64,000 nucleotides of DNA from an uncultured Pseudomonadales bacterium (GCA_964422035.1 CAYQZQ010000001.1:121013-185012); one strand, 5' to 3'; shown: positions 1 to 11,492, counted from the first letter of the stretch. Notes: generated by a model from the letters alone, not told the origin. Made by a program: numbers and translations.

Positions 1-405
1 AAAAGAAAAACAAGAAGTAGTTGGCTTGTCTGGGTAAGTCTATTGACAGTAGATTTGGCAATAAAGTGGTGGATGAGAAGTAGGGGAGAGTTTGTGGTTA
101 ATCGAGGGGTGGCTTTCGGGGTTGAGTTTTCAAGCTGGTTTGTATGGGTGGGGATTTTAGGATTGATAACTGTTATGTGGATTAAAAGTCACTGTGTTGA
201 GTGGGGGTGGCTTTTTGTGGGCGGGCTGGCGAACTTGATAGACAGATTTTTGTGGGGAACAGTAACAGACTGGATAAAAATGCCAGGGGTAGAGATGTGG
301 TTTAATTTGGCTGATGTGTATATAAATATTGGAATAGCTTGGGTACTGGGCAGAGAAGTGGCTAATTTGTTAGTATTAAAGCATGGAGATAAAGAAGCTG
401 TTTGA
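1..405 (+). CDS. lspA: Lipoprotein signal peptidase II (5'-truncated by window edge)
   Basis: Frame open from base 1; motifs NRGVAFG, GGLANLIDR, VTDWI, FNLAD. Confidence 0.9.
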   Translation, partial: KRKTRSSWLVWVSLLTVDLAIKWWMRSRGEFVVNRGVAFGVEFSSWFVWVGILGLITVMWIKSHCVEWGWLFVGGLANLIDRFLWGTVTDWIKMPGVEMWFNLADVYINIGIAWVLGREVANLLVLKHGDKEAV

Positions 406-1126
406 TGATGAGGCGGTGATGGTTTTGGATAAGCCGGCTGGAGTGGTGGTAAATAAGGCACAGACAGTGCCGGGTGAGACTATTCAAGACTGGTTTGTTG
501 ATAACTATGGTGAGATTTTGGAGATGTATAGGGATGATGATGTTTTTATGAAAAGACTGGGAATGGTGCACAGGTTGGACAAGGAAACCAGTGGATGTTT
601 GCTTTGGGCTCTGGAGCCTAAGGTTTTAAAGGACTTGATGGCTCAGTTTAAAAATCGTGAGATTGAAAAAGAATATATAGCGCTTTTGCATGGCGAGCTG
701 CGACCAGCAAAGGGAACTATGAGGCTGCCGATAACTAGAGACTTGGATAACAGACATAAAAGAACAGTTAGTTTTGAAGGTAAGCAGGCGCAAACTTCCT
801 GGCAAGTAGTTAAAAGATTTGCGGGTGAGGATTATAAATATAGTTTGGTGCGGGTAAGGCCCAAAACAGGTAGAACTCATCAGATTAGAGTCCATATGGC
901 TCATTTGGGTCATCCGGTGGTGGCTGACAGTCTGTATTTGAATGATAAGCGATACAAGAATGATAGTAAAAAGCTTGATAGACAGTTTTTGCATGCATAC
1001 AAAATTGGATTTAGGCATCCGTTGAGTAATGAGCAGATTGTGGTTGAAAGCAAGTTGTCGGAGAAGTTGAAGAGTTTTGTTGATAAACTTGAACTAGTGG
1101 AAGAGGTGGAGGTGGGATATGAGTAG
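383..1126 (+). CDS. RluA/RluD-family pseudouridine synthase
   Basis: DKPAG, HRLDKETSG (catalytic Asp), TGRTHQIRVH, FLHA; follows lspA as in many bacteria. Confidence 0.93.
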   Translation: MEIKKLFDDEAVMVLDKPAGVVVNKAQTVPGETIQDWFVDNYGEILEMYRDDDVFMKRLGMVHRLDKETSGCLLWALEPKVLKDLMAQFKNREIEKEYIALLHGELRPAKGTMRLPITRDLDNRHKRTVSFEGKQAQTSWQVVKRFAGEDYKYSLVRVRPKTGRTHQIRVHMAHLGHPVVADSLYLNDKRYKNDSKKLDRQFLHAYKIGFRHPLSNEQIVVESKLSEKLKSFVDKLELVEEVEVGYE

Positions 1127-1979
1127 GAAAAAAAAGAAGAGTAAAGCTTGGGGTGGTTTGGTTTTGGTTATATTGGTTATTATGTCGGTAGTTGTTTGGA
1201 GAATGGTGGTTGGGCTAGGGGAGGGGGGAAGAGTAGTTTTTGTGAATAATGATCAAGTTGAAGTCAGGCAGTTGAGTATAGAGCAGGACAGGGGAGTTAA
1301 GATCAATTTACCGGCTCATTTGATGGTGCCGGTTAAGGGAATGCAGGGTAGATTGAGGCTAAAGTCAATGATTAAGTTTGCAGATGATGAGGGTGAACCC
1401 TTTGATATTGTGCGACGTAGTGTTGAGATTTTACTGGGTTCACAGACTGACGGGGTAATTTATCAAGTTGAGGGGTCCAATATAAGGCAACTGATTTACA
1501 AAAAATCTGATATGGGAGTTATTAAGAGAATTACTTGGTTGTGGCAATGGGGCAGACTGGAGAAGAACAAGGTTCAAGAGATTGACTGGCCGACCAGTTT
1601 GGGTGATGAGGAGCAAAGGCCTGACGGGACAGAGATTATAGTAGTGGAACGAGATGCAGCATGGGATTTCTCTCATGAGTATCTGGGCACAGGTAGGTTG
1701 AGAGATGGAAATGTGGGGGTAAGGGTAGTTAATGCCAGTGGATGGCAGGGGTTGGGGTATCTGGCAACGACGATGTTGGAGATTGAAGGAGCTGTGGTAG
1801 TTGATGTGGAAGCGCAAGAGAGGCAAGAAGGATTGTGCACGGTTACATACAAGCAGAAAAATGAGATTGTGGACTGGATTAAAGACAAATGGAGTTGTAA
1901 GGGTGAGGAATCAGAAGTTGAGGATGTGATAGTGGTTTTAAAGGGGAATTGGGGAGAGAAATATCAGCGGGAGATGTAA
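1119..1979 (+). CDS. Membrane-anchored protein with LytR C-terminal domain (degenerate LCP-like)
   Basis: Basic N-terminus plus one TM helix; C-terminal VRVVNASGWQGLG...VVLKG resembles LytR_C. Confidence 0.6.
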   Translation: MSRKKKKSKAWGGLVLVILVIMSVVVWRMVVGLGEGGRVVFVNNDQVEVRQLSIEQDRGVKINLPAHLMVPVKGMQGRLRLKSMIKFADDEGEPFDIVRRSVEILLGSQTDGVIYQVEGSNIRQLIYKKSDMGVIKRITWLWQWGRLEKNKVQEIDWPTSLGDEEQRPDGTEIIVVERDAAWDFSHEYLGTGRLRDGNVGVRVVNASGWQGLGYLATTMLEIEGAVVVDVEAQERQEGLCTVTYKQKNEIVDWIKDKWSCKGEESEVEDVIVVLKGNWGEKYQREM

Positions 1980-1980
1980 T

Positions 1981-2697
1981 CTATCTTTTAACTTTTTGAA
2001 CATTGTCGGGATCTTCAGCGTCGGGAATTTCTAAAGGTGATTCGTCTAAAGGAGCGGCAGGGAGAGCTGAGAGGTTCTTTGAGCTGTCTCCTGTAAAGGC
2101 TGGGAGACCTTTTAGGCGTTTGGATCTTCTGGTCTCTTTGATGAAAATTTGAACACTTCGATCTTCGATTTTTTTAATTGCTGCTTCAAATTTGCTACCC
2201 AGTCTCATCAGACGAGTTAAGTAAGCTGAGAGATCATCCGGCAAGTAGCCAAGATGTTCATTGTCTTGAGTTAGGACAGTAATGCGGTGTCTGTTAGGTT
2301 CAAGTTGTACTCTTTGAGAATTTTCTAGTTGAGGAAGAAGTTTGGTGACTACTTTGGTAAGCCAAATGGTTTTGGTTTTACCGGGCTCTTCAATAAACGA
2401 GAAGTCGCCGGAAAGTGTTGAGGAGGGGGTGTGTGAGGAGTTGGTGTTTTTGAGTCTTTTTAGGTTGGATTGAGCAATGTTGTTGTATTGATCGTGCTTG
2501 AGAACTTTTTTGTATGTTCGCTTAGCTTGTTGGACTTGGCTGGTTTTTTCATAGGCTTTAGCTAGTCGATTAAGAGCGGGGATGTGACTTGAATTGAGCT
2601 GCAGGATATGCTGATTTAGAGTTACAGCTCGATCCCAGTTTTGTTTTAAAGCTGCTTTGATAGCTTGGTGGTTTAAGCTGGATATGTTTTGGGACAT
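1981..2697 (-). CDS. TPR-repeat protein with HIRAN-like C-terminal domain
   Basis: N-terminal TPR pattern (ALNRLAKAYE...AKRTYKKVLKHD); C-terminal LGYLPDDLSAYL...FEAAI resembles HIRAN GY-P motif. Confidence 0.6.
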   Translation of the reverse strand: MSQNISSLNHQAIKAALKQNWDRAVTLNQHILQLNSSHIPALNRLAKAYEKTSQVQQAKRTYKKVLKHDQYNNIAQSNLKRLKNTNSSHTPSSTLSGDFSFIEEPGKTKTIWLTKVVTKLLPQLENSQRVQLEPNRHRITVLTQDNEHLGYLPDDLSAYLTRLMRLGSKFEAAIKKIEDRSVQIFIKETRRSKRLKGLPAFTGDSSKNLSALPAAPLDESPLEIPDAEDPDNVQKVKR

Positions 2698-2760
2698 GGC
2701 TGCTGAAACTTTAATAAAAATAGAGTGCTAAGTCAAGTTGTTTTTGATAGAATATAGCTT

Positions 2761-3285
2761 ATGTCAGGACATAGTAAGTGGTCGAAAATAAAAAGACAAA
2801 AAGGAGCAGAGGATAAGAAGCGATCTAAATTGTTCACAAAGATTGTTCATAAGATCGTGGTGGCTGTTAAAGATCACAATGATGGTGACCCAGATACTAA
2901 TGCTGATTTAAGGCAAGCAATAGATGAAGCTAAGGAGGCTAATATGCCCAAAGAAAACATAGAAAGGGCGATAGATCGGGCTTTAGGGCGTGGTGAGGAA
3001 GGTGGATTGCAAGAGGCTGTATATGAAGGTTACGGTCCAGGTGGTGTTGGTGTATTGGTTAAGGTTCTGACAGATAATAGAAATAGAACTTCCTCACAGA
3101 TTAAGACAATATTTGATAAAGCGGGAGGTAGTTTGGGGTCTCCGGGGTCTGTTGCTTATTTGCGTAAGATTGATCCTGTTCCAAAGATTGCTTTAGAGGG
3201 AAGTCAAAAAGAAGCGATGAAGAAGTTGATTAAAATTCTGGAAGATCACGAAGATATCGTTGATGTCTGGAGTAATTTAGAATAA
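2761..3285 (+). CDS. yebC: YebC/PmpR family protein, short form
   Basis: MSGHSKWSKIKRQKG, NMPKENIERAI, YEGYGPGGV, TDNRNRT, GSV; C-terminal VWSN. Confidence 0.92.
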   Translation: MSGHSKWSKIKRQKGAEDKKRSKLFTKIVHKIVVAVKDHNDGDPDTNADLRQAIDEAKEANMPKENIERAIDRALGRGEEGGLQEAVYEGYGPGGVGVLVKVLTDNRNRTSSQIKTIFDKAGGSLGSPGSVAYLRKIDPVPKIALEGSQKEAMKKLIKILEDHEDIVDVWSNLE

Positions 3286-3289
3286 ATGT

Positions 3290-4111
3290 ATGAGTAAACG
3301 GGCCAAGTTTATTATCGCTGCACTAATTTTGTCATTGGCTTTATGGGGAACGCGGCTGATTGTACCTGGACAAAGGATGCAAGCTGTGGTGGCCATTGTG
3401 GTGGCTTCATATTTGATATCAGCTTGGGTGTTGTTTGAGGATCTTAAGGGCGTTGAGTGGCTTACTGTGCTGATTCTACCGGTAATGTATACCTTGGGTG
3501 CTGGATTGTTCTCTTTATTTTTGCCCGAGTCGATACCAAGGATTTTCGGACAGAGACTGGAAGCTGATGTGAGTAGATTAATTGCTGGAATCATCAGAGG
3601 GGGTTTTTGGTTGTTGTTTGGTGTTGGTGCATATGGTTTGTATTTAACGGAAAACATTTTTTCGGTGGCGGCGATCCGAACGATTCAACTTTTGCGGGCA
3701 GCAAGATCGGTTGGTTTTTTGATTACTTTGGTAGTGGCGATGTTTTTGTTTCAAGCTTTGTTCTCTTTTAAATTACAGTTTTATTGGTTAGGTCTATTGG
3801 CTGGTATTTTGAGCTTTCCATTATTTTTACAAGGTGATTGGTCGATGCGGCTTAAGAGTGGTTTAGATAGGCGAGTGATTCTTTATAGTTTGGTGGGGGC
3901 AGTGATTGTAGCCCAGTTGGCGATGGTGTTATCTTTCTGGCCTGTGGATAGCCTTGTAGCAGCCTTGATGTTGGTAACTGTGATGTATGTAACTTTAGGT
4001 TTGTCTCAACAGAAGCTTATCGGTAGATTATTTAAAAAACAAATTAATGAATACGTGGCTGTGGCTCTGGCTGTACTGGTGGCTAGTTTTTATATAACTT
4101 CTTGGCGGTAA
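3290..4111 (+). CDS. Multi-pass membrane protein (possibly DUF5656-like)
   Basis: About 9 hydrophobic segments; TAGAAT 6 nt before ATG; family assignment tentative. Confidence 0.7.
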   Translation: MSKRAKFIIAALILSLALWGTRLIVPGQRMQAVVAIVVASYLISAWVLFEDLKGVEWLTVLILPVMYTLGAGLFSLFLPESIPRIFGQRLEADVSRLIAGIIRGGFWLLFGVGAYGLYLTENIFSVAAIRTIQLLRAARSVGFLITLVVAMFLFQALFSFKLQFYWLGLLAGILSFPLFLQGDWSMRLKSGLDRRVILYSLVGAVIVAQLAMVLSFWPVDSLVAALMLVTVMYVTLGLSQQKLIGRLFKKQINEYVAVALAVLVASFYITSWR

Positions 4112-4144
4112 AAAGAGTCGGATGATAATAGGGAAGAGGGGAGG

Positions 4145-4213
4145 CCTATAGTAGTAATAACCTATAATATATCCTATAACTATAGTTTTCACACTACATC
4201 CTATAATTTTCAC
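4145..4213. repeat. Cluster of CCTATA repeats and a 13-bp imperfect direct repeat
   Basis: CCTATA at 4145, 4161, 4173, 4200; CTATAGTTTTCAC (4180) vs CTATAATTTTCAC (4201), 21-bp offset. Confidence 0.55.
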
Positions 4214-4370
4214 GGAGTTCTTTCACTTAGCCTTGAAATGAAGTGAAAAGTTGTTCTTTAGAGGAGAGGTTTGGATGGGTGTAAGGTATATATTCGGGTA
4301 GGAGAGGCAGATCTGCCTTCCCTGCGGGAATTTTGCAGGCTGGCAATTGATGATATAGTCTGATGGGGTT

Positions 4371-4379
4371 TGTGGATAA
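4371..4379 (-). promoter_or_regulatory. Perfect DnaA box (TTATCCACA)
   Basis: TGTGGATAA on + strand, abutting a minus-strand TTGACT hexamer (4379-4384). Confidence 0.55.
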
Positions 4380-4547
4380 GTCAAGGTAATAGAGGTTGGT
4401 ATGAAGATAAACCGGTTGAAAGGAATGGTAAATAGAAGAGGGGTGTTAGGATAAATATTTTATTAATTGTTTAGACGTATTTGGGACCGGTGCAGATACT
4501 CTTCCCTATTGTTGATTAATAGAGGAGATTCTAGAATGATTTCTATT

Positions 4548-4575
4548 AGGTCGTACAATATTACTTTTACGACGT
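4548..4575. other. dif-like Xer recombination site (11-6-11)
   Basis: AGGTCGTACAA-TATTAC-TTTTACGACGT; arms inverted with 9/11 match; about 740 bp upstream of the xer gene. Confidence 0.7.
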
Positions 4576-5316
4576 ATGTAAAAATTAAATAGTGGAGAAG
4601 AGTCGGTTTTCACTTCTCCTAATGATTTGAATCAAAACCCGAACAACAGTGTTTAAAAGTTGTGTACCTCTCTCCCCGATTAAATATGGCTATCTATGGT
4701 TTTTGTTCTCTAAATTCGGTTTTGAATATAAACCCGAAAAGTTTTTTAAATTTTTGTAGTTTTTTGAAAAAATGTATCTGAAAATAAGATCTATTGTAAA
4801 AACTGCCTTTTAAATGAGATGTCTATATACATGCATACCTTTCAGAAAGCCTTCTAGGGCTATTAGAGCGCTTCTTAAGTTCAAAAAAAAACGCAATTTT
4901 GAGGCTAGAAATACTTCAATAGACTAAAGTTTCGAGAAATTGTCGACAGATGTAAAGATATTTTTTTGCACTGGCCTATTTGTTTTTGTAAATTTACGTT
5001 TGGTGTTTAGTTTAAACAATTTTTATTATTTATTTTTAATTTGTTTATTAGATATTGTTTGTTATTTGTGTGTTAGTTATTTTTTTGCCGTGGATTGTTG
5101 ATGTTAATTTGTGTTTTTTTGTTTACGTGGTTTTAGGTAAAAATAATTTTTTGATCAGAGAATACTATCGGACTTTTGTAAGTAATATAAGCGATTTTTT
5201 AAGTGATGGGTTATATCCCCTCCCTCACTGGATGTATGTCAAAATATGACGTCGCACAATCTTGACTAGCTAATTATTTAATGGTTAAGTGAAAGTAGAG
5301 TAAATTAAATATATAT

Positions 5317-6267
5317 ATGGTAGATAAGAAAAAAGAGGATTTACAGATTAAACGCTTGATAGAAAAGTACCTTGGTCATTTAGAAGTCGAAAAAAACTAT
5401 TCTAAGTACACGATAAGAAATTACAAACTGTATTTAAAGCGGTTTAGAAACTGGTTTGAGGAAAACTATGAGCAGGAATACATAAATAGGCTTAGCAGTG
5501 AGATAGTTCGTAAGTACCGTCTTTATTTATCTAGATTTGAAAATGACCGGGGTCAGAGATTGTCTAAAAAGACTCAGAGCTACTACATCATTGCCTTGAG
5601 GGCTTTTTTGAAATATCTGATTAAACAGGGTGTTAAGACTCTGGCTCCTGAGAAGATTGATTTGCCTAAAATTGAAGGCAGGCAGATTAAGTTTCTTAAT
5701 CGCAAACAGGTTGAGAGGCTTTTAAATCAGCCTAGTGTCTCAACAGAGATGGGACTGAGGGATAAAGCCATACTAGAGACATTGTTTAGTACAGGAATGC
5801 GTGTGTCTGAATTAGCTAAGCTTAGGATAGATGATCTTGATCTAAAAAGCAGAGAGTTTGGTATTCGAGGAAAAGGTAGGAAAGTTAGGGTAGTATTTCT
5901 GTCAGAGAGAGCAGCTAAATGGTTGAGAAGGTACTTGAGAGCAAGAGACGATCATTATAAACCGTTATGGATCAGGTATTCTGGAAAGAAGCCGGATCCT
6001 TCCACCTCTGGTGAGAGTATGAGACTGTCTGTTAGAAGTATTCAGAGAATGGTGGAGAAGTATCGTAAGAAGGCAAATTTGCCGATTAAGGTAAGTCCTC
6101 ATGTAATCAGACATTCATTTGCAACTAATTTACTCCAAAATGGGGCGGATCTAAGAAGTGTGCAGGAGATGTTGGGACATGAAAATGTATCAACGACTCA
6201 GATATATACACATGTAACTAATCCACAACTTAAAAAAGTGCATGACAAGTTTCACTCAAAAGAGTAG
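5317..6267 (+). CDS. XerC/XerD-family tyrosine recombinase
   Basis: N-terminal SAM-like domain (YSKYTIRNY), TGMRVSEL, GKGRKVR, HVIRHSFAT, LGHENVSTTQIY. Confidence 0.95.
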   Translation: MVDKKKEDLQIKRLIEKYLGHLEVEKNYSKYTIRNYKLYLKRFRNWFEENYEQEYINRLSSEIVRKYRLYLSRFENDRGQRLSKKTQSYYIIALRAFLKYLIKQGVKTLAPEKIDLPKIEGRQIKFLNRKQVERLLNQPSVSTEMGLRDKAILETLFSTGMRVSELAKLRIDDLDLKSREFGIRGKGRKVRVVFLSERAAKWLRRYLRARDDHYKPLWIRYSGKKPDPSTSGESMRLSVRSIQRMVEKYRKKANLPIKVSPHVIRHSFATNLLQNGADLRSVQEMLGHENVSTTQIYTHVTNPQLKKVHDKFHSKE

Positions 6268-6281
6268 TTAGATCCCCTAGC

Positions 6282-8906
6282 CTATTTGTGTTCGTCGATT
6301 CTGGTAACGGCGGTAACTTTATCCGATTTTTTAAGTCTCATCAAGATCACACCTTGAGTTGGCCGTTTTAATTCAGGAATATTTTTTAGAGGTAGCTTGA
6401 TGGCTTGGGCACTCTTAGTGCTTAAAATGATGAATTCTGTATTATGGGATACTTTTTCTGCACCTGCAATCTCGCCTGTTTTTTTGCTAATATTGGCTAC
6501 TTTTACCCCCTGCCCTCCCCTATTCTGGGTTGGGTATTGTTTTAGTGGAGTTCGTTTACCTAAGCCGTTTTCTGTTACAATTAGTAAGTGACGGAAAAAC
6601 TTGCGACGTTTATCATCAGGTTTTGGTGGTTTAGCATTGAAGGTTTCTAGGGCGAGGACGTAGTCGCCTTTTTTGAGATTAATACCTTTGACACCCATGG
6701 TGTCACGACCGGTATCACGAACATCTTTTTCTTCAAAGCGAATTGATTTGCCTTTTTTGGTGACTAGAAGGATATGATCTTTGCCGGAGGTCTTTTTGAC
6801 TTGAATTAATTCGTCGCCTTTTTTGAGGTTGATGGCGATAAGGCCGTTTCGTTTGATGTTTTCATATTCTTTTATCTGGGTTCTTTTGACCATTCCTTGT
6901 TTGGTAGCAAATAAGAAGTAGTCTTCACCAATTTTGTCTAGTGTTTTTGGTACTGCCATGATGGTCTGGACTTTTTCTTCTGGGGTAATCTCTATTAAAT
7001 TAATTATGGCTTGTCCCTTGGCTTTACGAGTCCCTTCTGGTATATCCCAAACTCTGATTTGATAGACCTGGCCTTGGTCTGTGAAGATTAACAGATGGTC
7101 ATGAGTGTTGGCAGAGAGAATGATGTTTAACTCATCTGCCTCTCTTTTGGTCATTCCAGAGACACCTTTTCCTCCTCTGCGCTGGCTTCTGAAAGTACCC
7201 GTTGACATGCGTTTGATGTATCCGGTTTTGGTTAGGGTGACGATACAGTCTTCGCTGGGGATTAAGTCTTCTTGTTGGAATTCTCCGATTGGATTGAGAT
7301 GGACTTTGGTTTTTCTGTCGTCTCCATATTTTTTAACGACTTCTTTAAGTTCTTTTTGAATGACTTTTAGAATCTTTTTGGGGTTGGTAATTATAGAGAG
7401 AAGATCTTCAATCTGACTCATCAATTCGTCATACTCATCTTTGACTTTTTGTCTTTCAAGAGCAGCTAGTCTGCGAAGTTGCATGCTTAGAATAGCCTGG
7501 GCCTGTTTTTCTGAAAATTGATATTTTTTCATTAGATTATCTTGAGCGTCGTTAGAGCTATCGCTTTTTTTGATTAACTCGATGATTTCATCAATGTGGT
7601 CTAGGGCTTTTAGTAGTCCTTCAAGAATGTGGGCTCTGGCGCGAGCTGACTTAAGGTCGTGCTGACTTCTTTTTACGATGACTAGTTGTCTGTGAATTAC
7701 GTATTCATTTAAGATTTGTTTGAGGTTCATGATATGAGGATGAAGGTCTGAAGAGAGCGCAACCATGTTGGCTGGGAATGAGGTTTGTAATTTTGATTGT
7801 TTGAATAAATTATTGAGGACTTTTTTGGGGATAGCGTTTCTTTTTAGTTCGATGGAGATGCTTAACCCTTGCCTGTCTGATTCATCGATGATGTCTGAGA
7901 TACCGTCAAGCTTGTCTTTTTTGACAAGATCGGCAATTTTGGAAATTAATTTAGCTTTATTTACCTGGTATGGTAGTTGTGTGACCTTGATCTCTGCTTT
8001 CCCGTGGCTTATCTCTTTAATGCCAGTGATAGCTCGGATAGTTATCTGGCCTTTTCCTGTGGCATATACTTGTCGGATGTCTTCTTGGTTGTATATTTGA
8101 CCTCCTGTTGGGAAGTCTGGACCTTTGATGTGTTTGAGAAGATCATCTAAACCGGCGGGAGATTCAAAGTTGCCGATTAGTAGTTGTGGATCATCAGTTT
8201 CAGGGTTTTCAAGTTTTTCTTTTTCTTCGTCAGTGATGGGAGATTCTCCTTGGTCAATTAGCTCGTTAATGGCGCCGACTACTTCTACTAGATTGTGAGG
8301 AGGAATCTTGGTTGCCATTCCAACAGCGATGCCGTCGGCACCCATTAAGAGAAGATTTGGAAGTAAGGCTGGAAGAACGTCTGGTTCTTGGAGTGATGCA
8401 TCAAAGTTGTCGGTGAATTTAACGGTTTCTTTGTCGATATCTTTAAGTAGCTCTTGAGAGATGTTCTCCATTCTGGCTTCTGTGTAACGCATTTGAGCAG
8501 CTGGGTCTCCATCGACTGATCCAAAGTTACCTTGACCATCAATTAATGGGTAGCGCATGGAGAAATCTTGAGCAAGTCGAACTAGAGCATCGTATACTGC
8601 TGTATCACCATGTGGGTGGAATTTACCTAGAACATCTCCGACGATACGAGCGGATTTTTTGTAGGGACTACTATGAGTAATGCCAGCTTCATGCATGGCG
8701 TAAAGAATGCGTCTGTGAACTGGTTTAAGCCCATCGCGAACATCTGGCAAAGCACGGGAGACAATAACACTCATGGCATAGTCTACATATGCTTTTTGGA
8801 CTTCTTCGACGATGCTGACTTTTTTAACTAAACCAAAATCAGTCTGTTTAGTTTCGTTAAGCCCGTCTTCTATTTTCTCTGTGGTTAGTTCTGGTTCTTT
8901 AGCCAT
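6282..8906 (-). CDS. gyrA: DNA gyrase subunit A
   Basis: [29 protein letters not shown], GyrA-box QRRGGKG. Confidence 0.97.
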   Translation of the reverse strand: MAKEPELTTEKIEDGLNETKQTDFGLVKKVSIVEEVQKAYVDYAMSVIVSRALPDVRDGLKPVHRRILYAMHEAGITHSSPYKKSARIVGDVLGKFHPHGDTAVYDALVRLAQDFSMRYPLIDGQGNFGSVDGDPAAQMRYTEARMENISQELLKDIDKETVKFTDNFDASLQEPDVLPALLPNLLLMGADGIAVGMATKIPPHNLVEVVGAINELIDQGESPITDEEKEKLENPETDDPQLLIGNFESPAGLDDLLKHIKGPDFPTGGQIYNQEDIRQVYATGKGQITIRAITGIKEISHGKAEIKVTQLPYQVNKAKLISKIADLVKKDKLDGISDIIDESDRQGLSISIELKRNAIPKKVLNNLFKQSKLQTSFPANMVALSSDLHPHIMNLKQILNEYVIHRQLVIVKRSQHDLKSARARAHILEGLLKALDHIDEIIELIKKSDSSNDAQDNLMKKYQFSEKQAQAILSMQLRRLAALERQKVKDEYDELMSQIEDLLSIITNPKKILKVIQKELKEVVKKYGDDRKTKVHLNPIGEFQQEDLIPSEDCIVTLTKTGYIKRMSTGTFRSQRRGGKGVSGMTKREADELNIILSANTHDHLLIFTDQGQVYQIRVWDIPEGTRKAKGQAIINLIEITPEEKVQTIMAVPKTLDKIGEDYFLFATKQGMVKRTQIKEYENIKRNGLIAINLKKGDELIQVKKTSGKDHILLVTKKGKSIRFEEKDVRDTGRDTMGVKGINLKKGDYVLALETFNAKPPKPDDKRRKFFRHLLIVTENGLGKRTPLKQYPTQNRGGQGVKVANISKKTGEIAGAEKVSHNTEFIILSTKSAQAIKLPLKNIPELKRPTQGVILMRLKKSDKVTAVTRIDEHK

Positions 8907-8946
8907 ACGGTATTATAGGATATTATTATAATGTCAATTGGGATAT

Positions 8947-9459
8947 TTATTTACAGGATTTTTGGATGACTTTTTTTGCCTCCTCTACCCCACTCCAGTC
9001 TTTTACTTTAACCCATTTGTTGGGCTCTAGTGCTTTATAGGTTTCAAAAAAGTGTTTGATCTTGTCTTTTGTGGCTGAGGGAACGTCATCTGCTGATTTA
9101 TATGCACCGTATACTGGATCAATCTTCTCTAGTGGTACAGCAACGATTTTTTCGTCTTTTCCTGATTCATCCTCCATGTCAAGAATTGCAAGTGGTTTAC
9201 ATTTAATAGTGGCCATAGGGACTATAGGATATTGTGATAAAACGATTACATCTAGCGGGTCTCCGTCTTCTGCATGCGAGCTGGGGACAAATCCATAATT
9301 AAATGGGTATGCTGAGGCGGTGTGAAGAAAGCGATCAACAAACAAGGCTCCAGTTTCCTCATCTAGCTCGTATTTGATTTGATCTTGAGCCGGAATTTCG
9401 ATGACAACATTGATTTGATCTGGTAGATTGTCGCCCGCTGGTAAGTTTTTTAAGTTCAT
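8947..9459 (-). CDS. ppa: Family I inorganic pyrophosphatase
   Basis: KYELD, YPFNYGF, DGDPLD, DEKI, HFFETYK. Confidence 0.96.
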   Translation of the reverse strand: MNLKNLPAGDNLPDQINVVIEIPAQDQIKYELDEETGALFVDRFLHTASAYPFNYGFVPSSHAEDGDPLDVIVLSQYPIVPMATIKCKPLAILDMEDESGKDEKIVAVPLEKIDPVYGAYKSADDVPSATKDKIKHFFETYKALEPNKWVKVKDWSGVEEAKKVIQKSCK

Positions 9460-9491
9460 GGTTTTTATTTAGTTAAATAATAAATTAATGA

Positions 9492-11492
<2,001 letters not shown>

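Noticed and set aside
2723-2731. GAGTGCTAA, a perfect CIRCE half-site between the TPR gene and yebC
   Set aside because: No partner arm at 9-nt spacing (2705-2713 reads GAAACTTTA).
4145-4162. TAGTAGTAATAA as DnaA-trios
   Set aside because: Orientation relative to the GC-rich flank is opposite to the B. subtilis arrangement and no DnaA box is adjacent.
4028-5249. Tracked ORFs 4028-4213 and 5055-5249, and a 39-codon TTG ORF near 4346-4227
   Set aside because: Low complexity or overlapping repeats and hairpins; no recognisable motif.
5317-6267. Xer gene as a prophage or integron integrase
   Set aside because: No IntI-specific insertion, attC array or phage genes; flanked by housekeeping genes.
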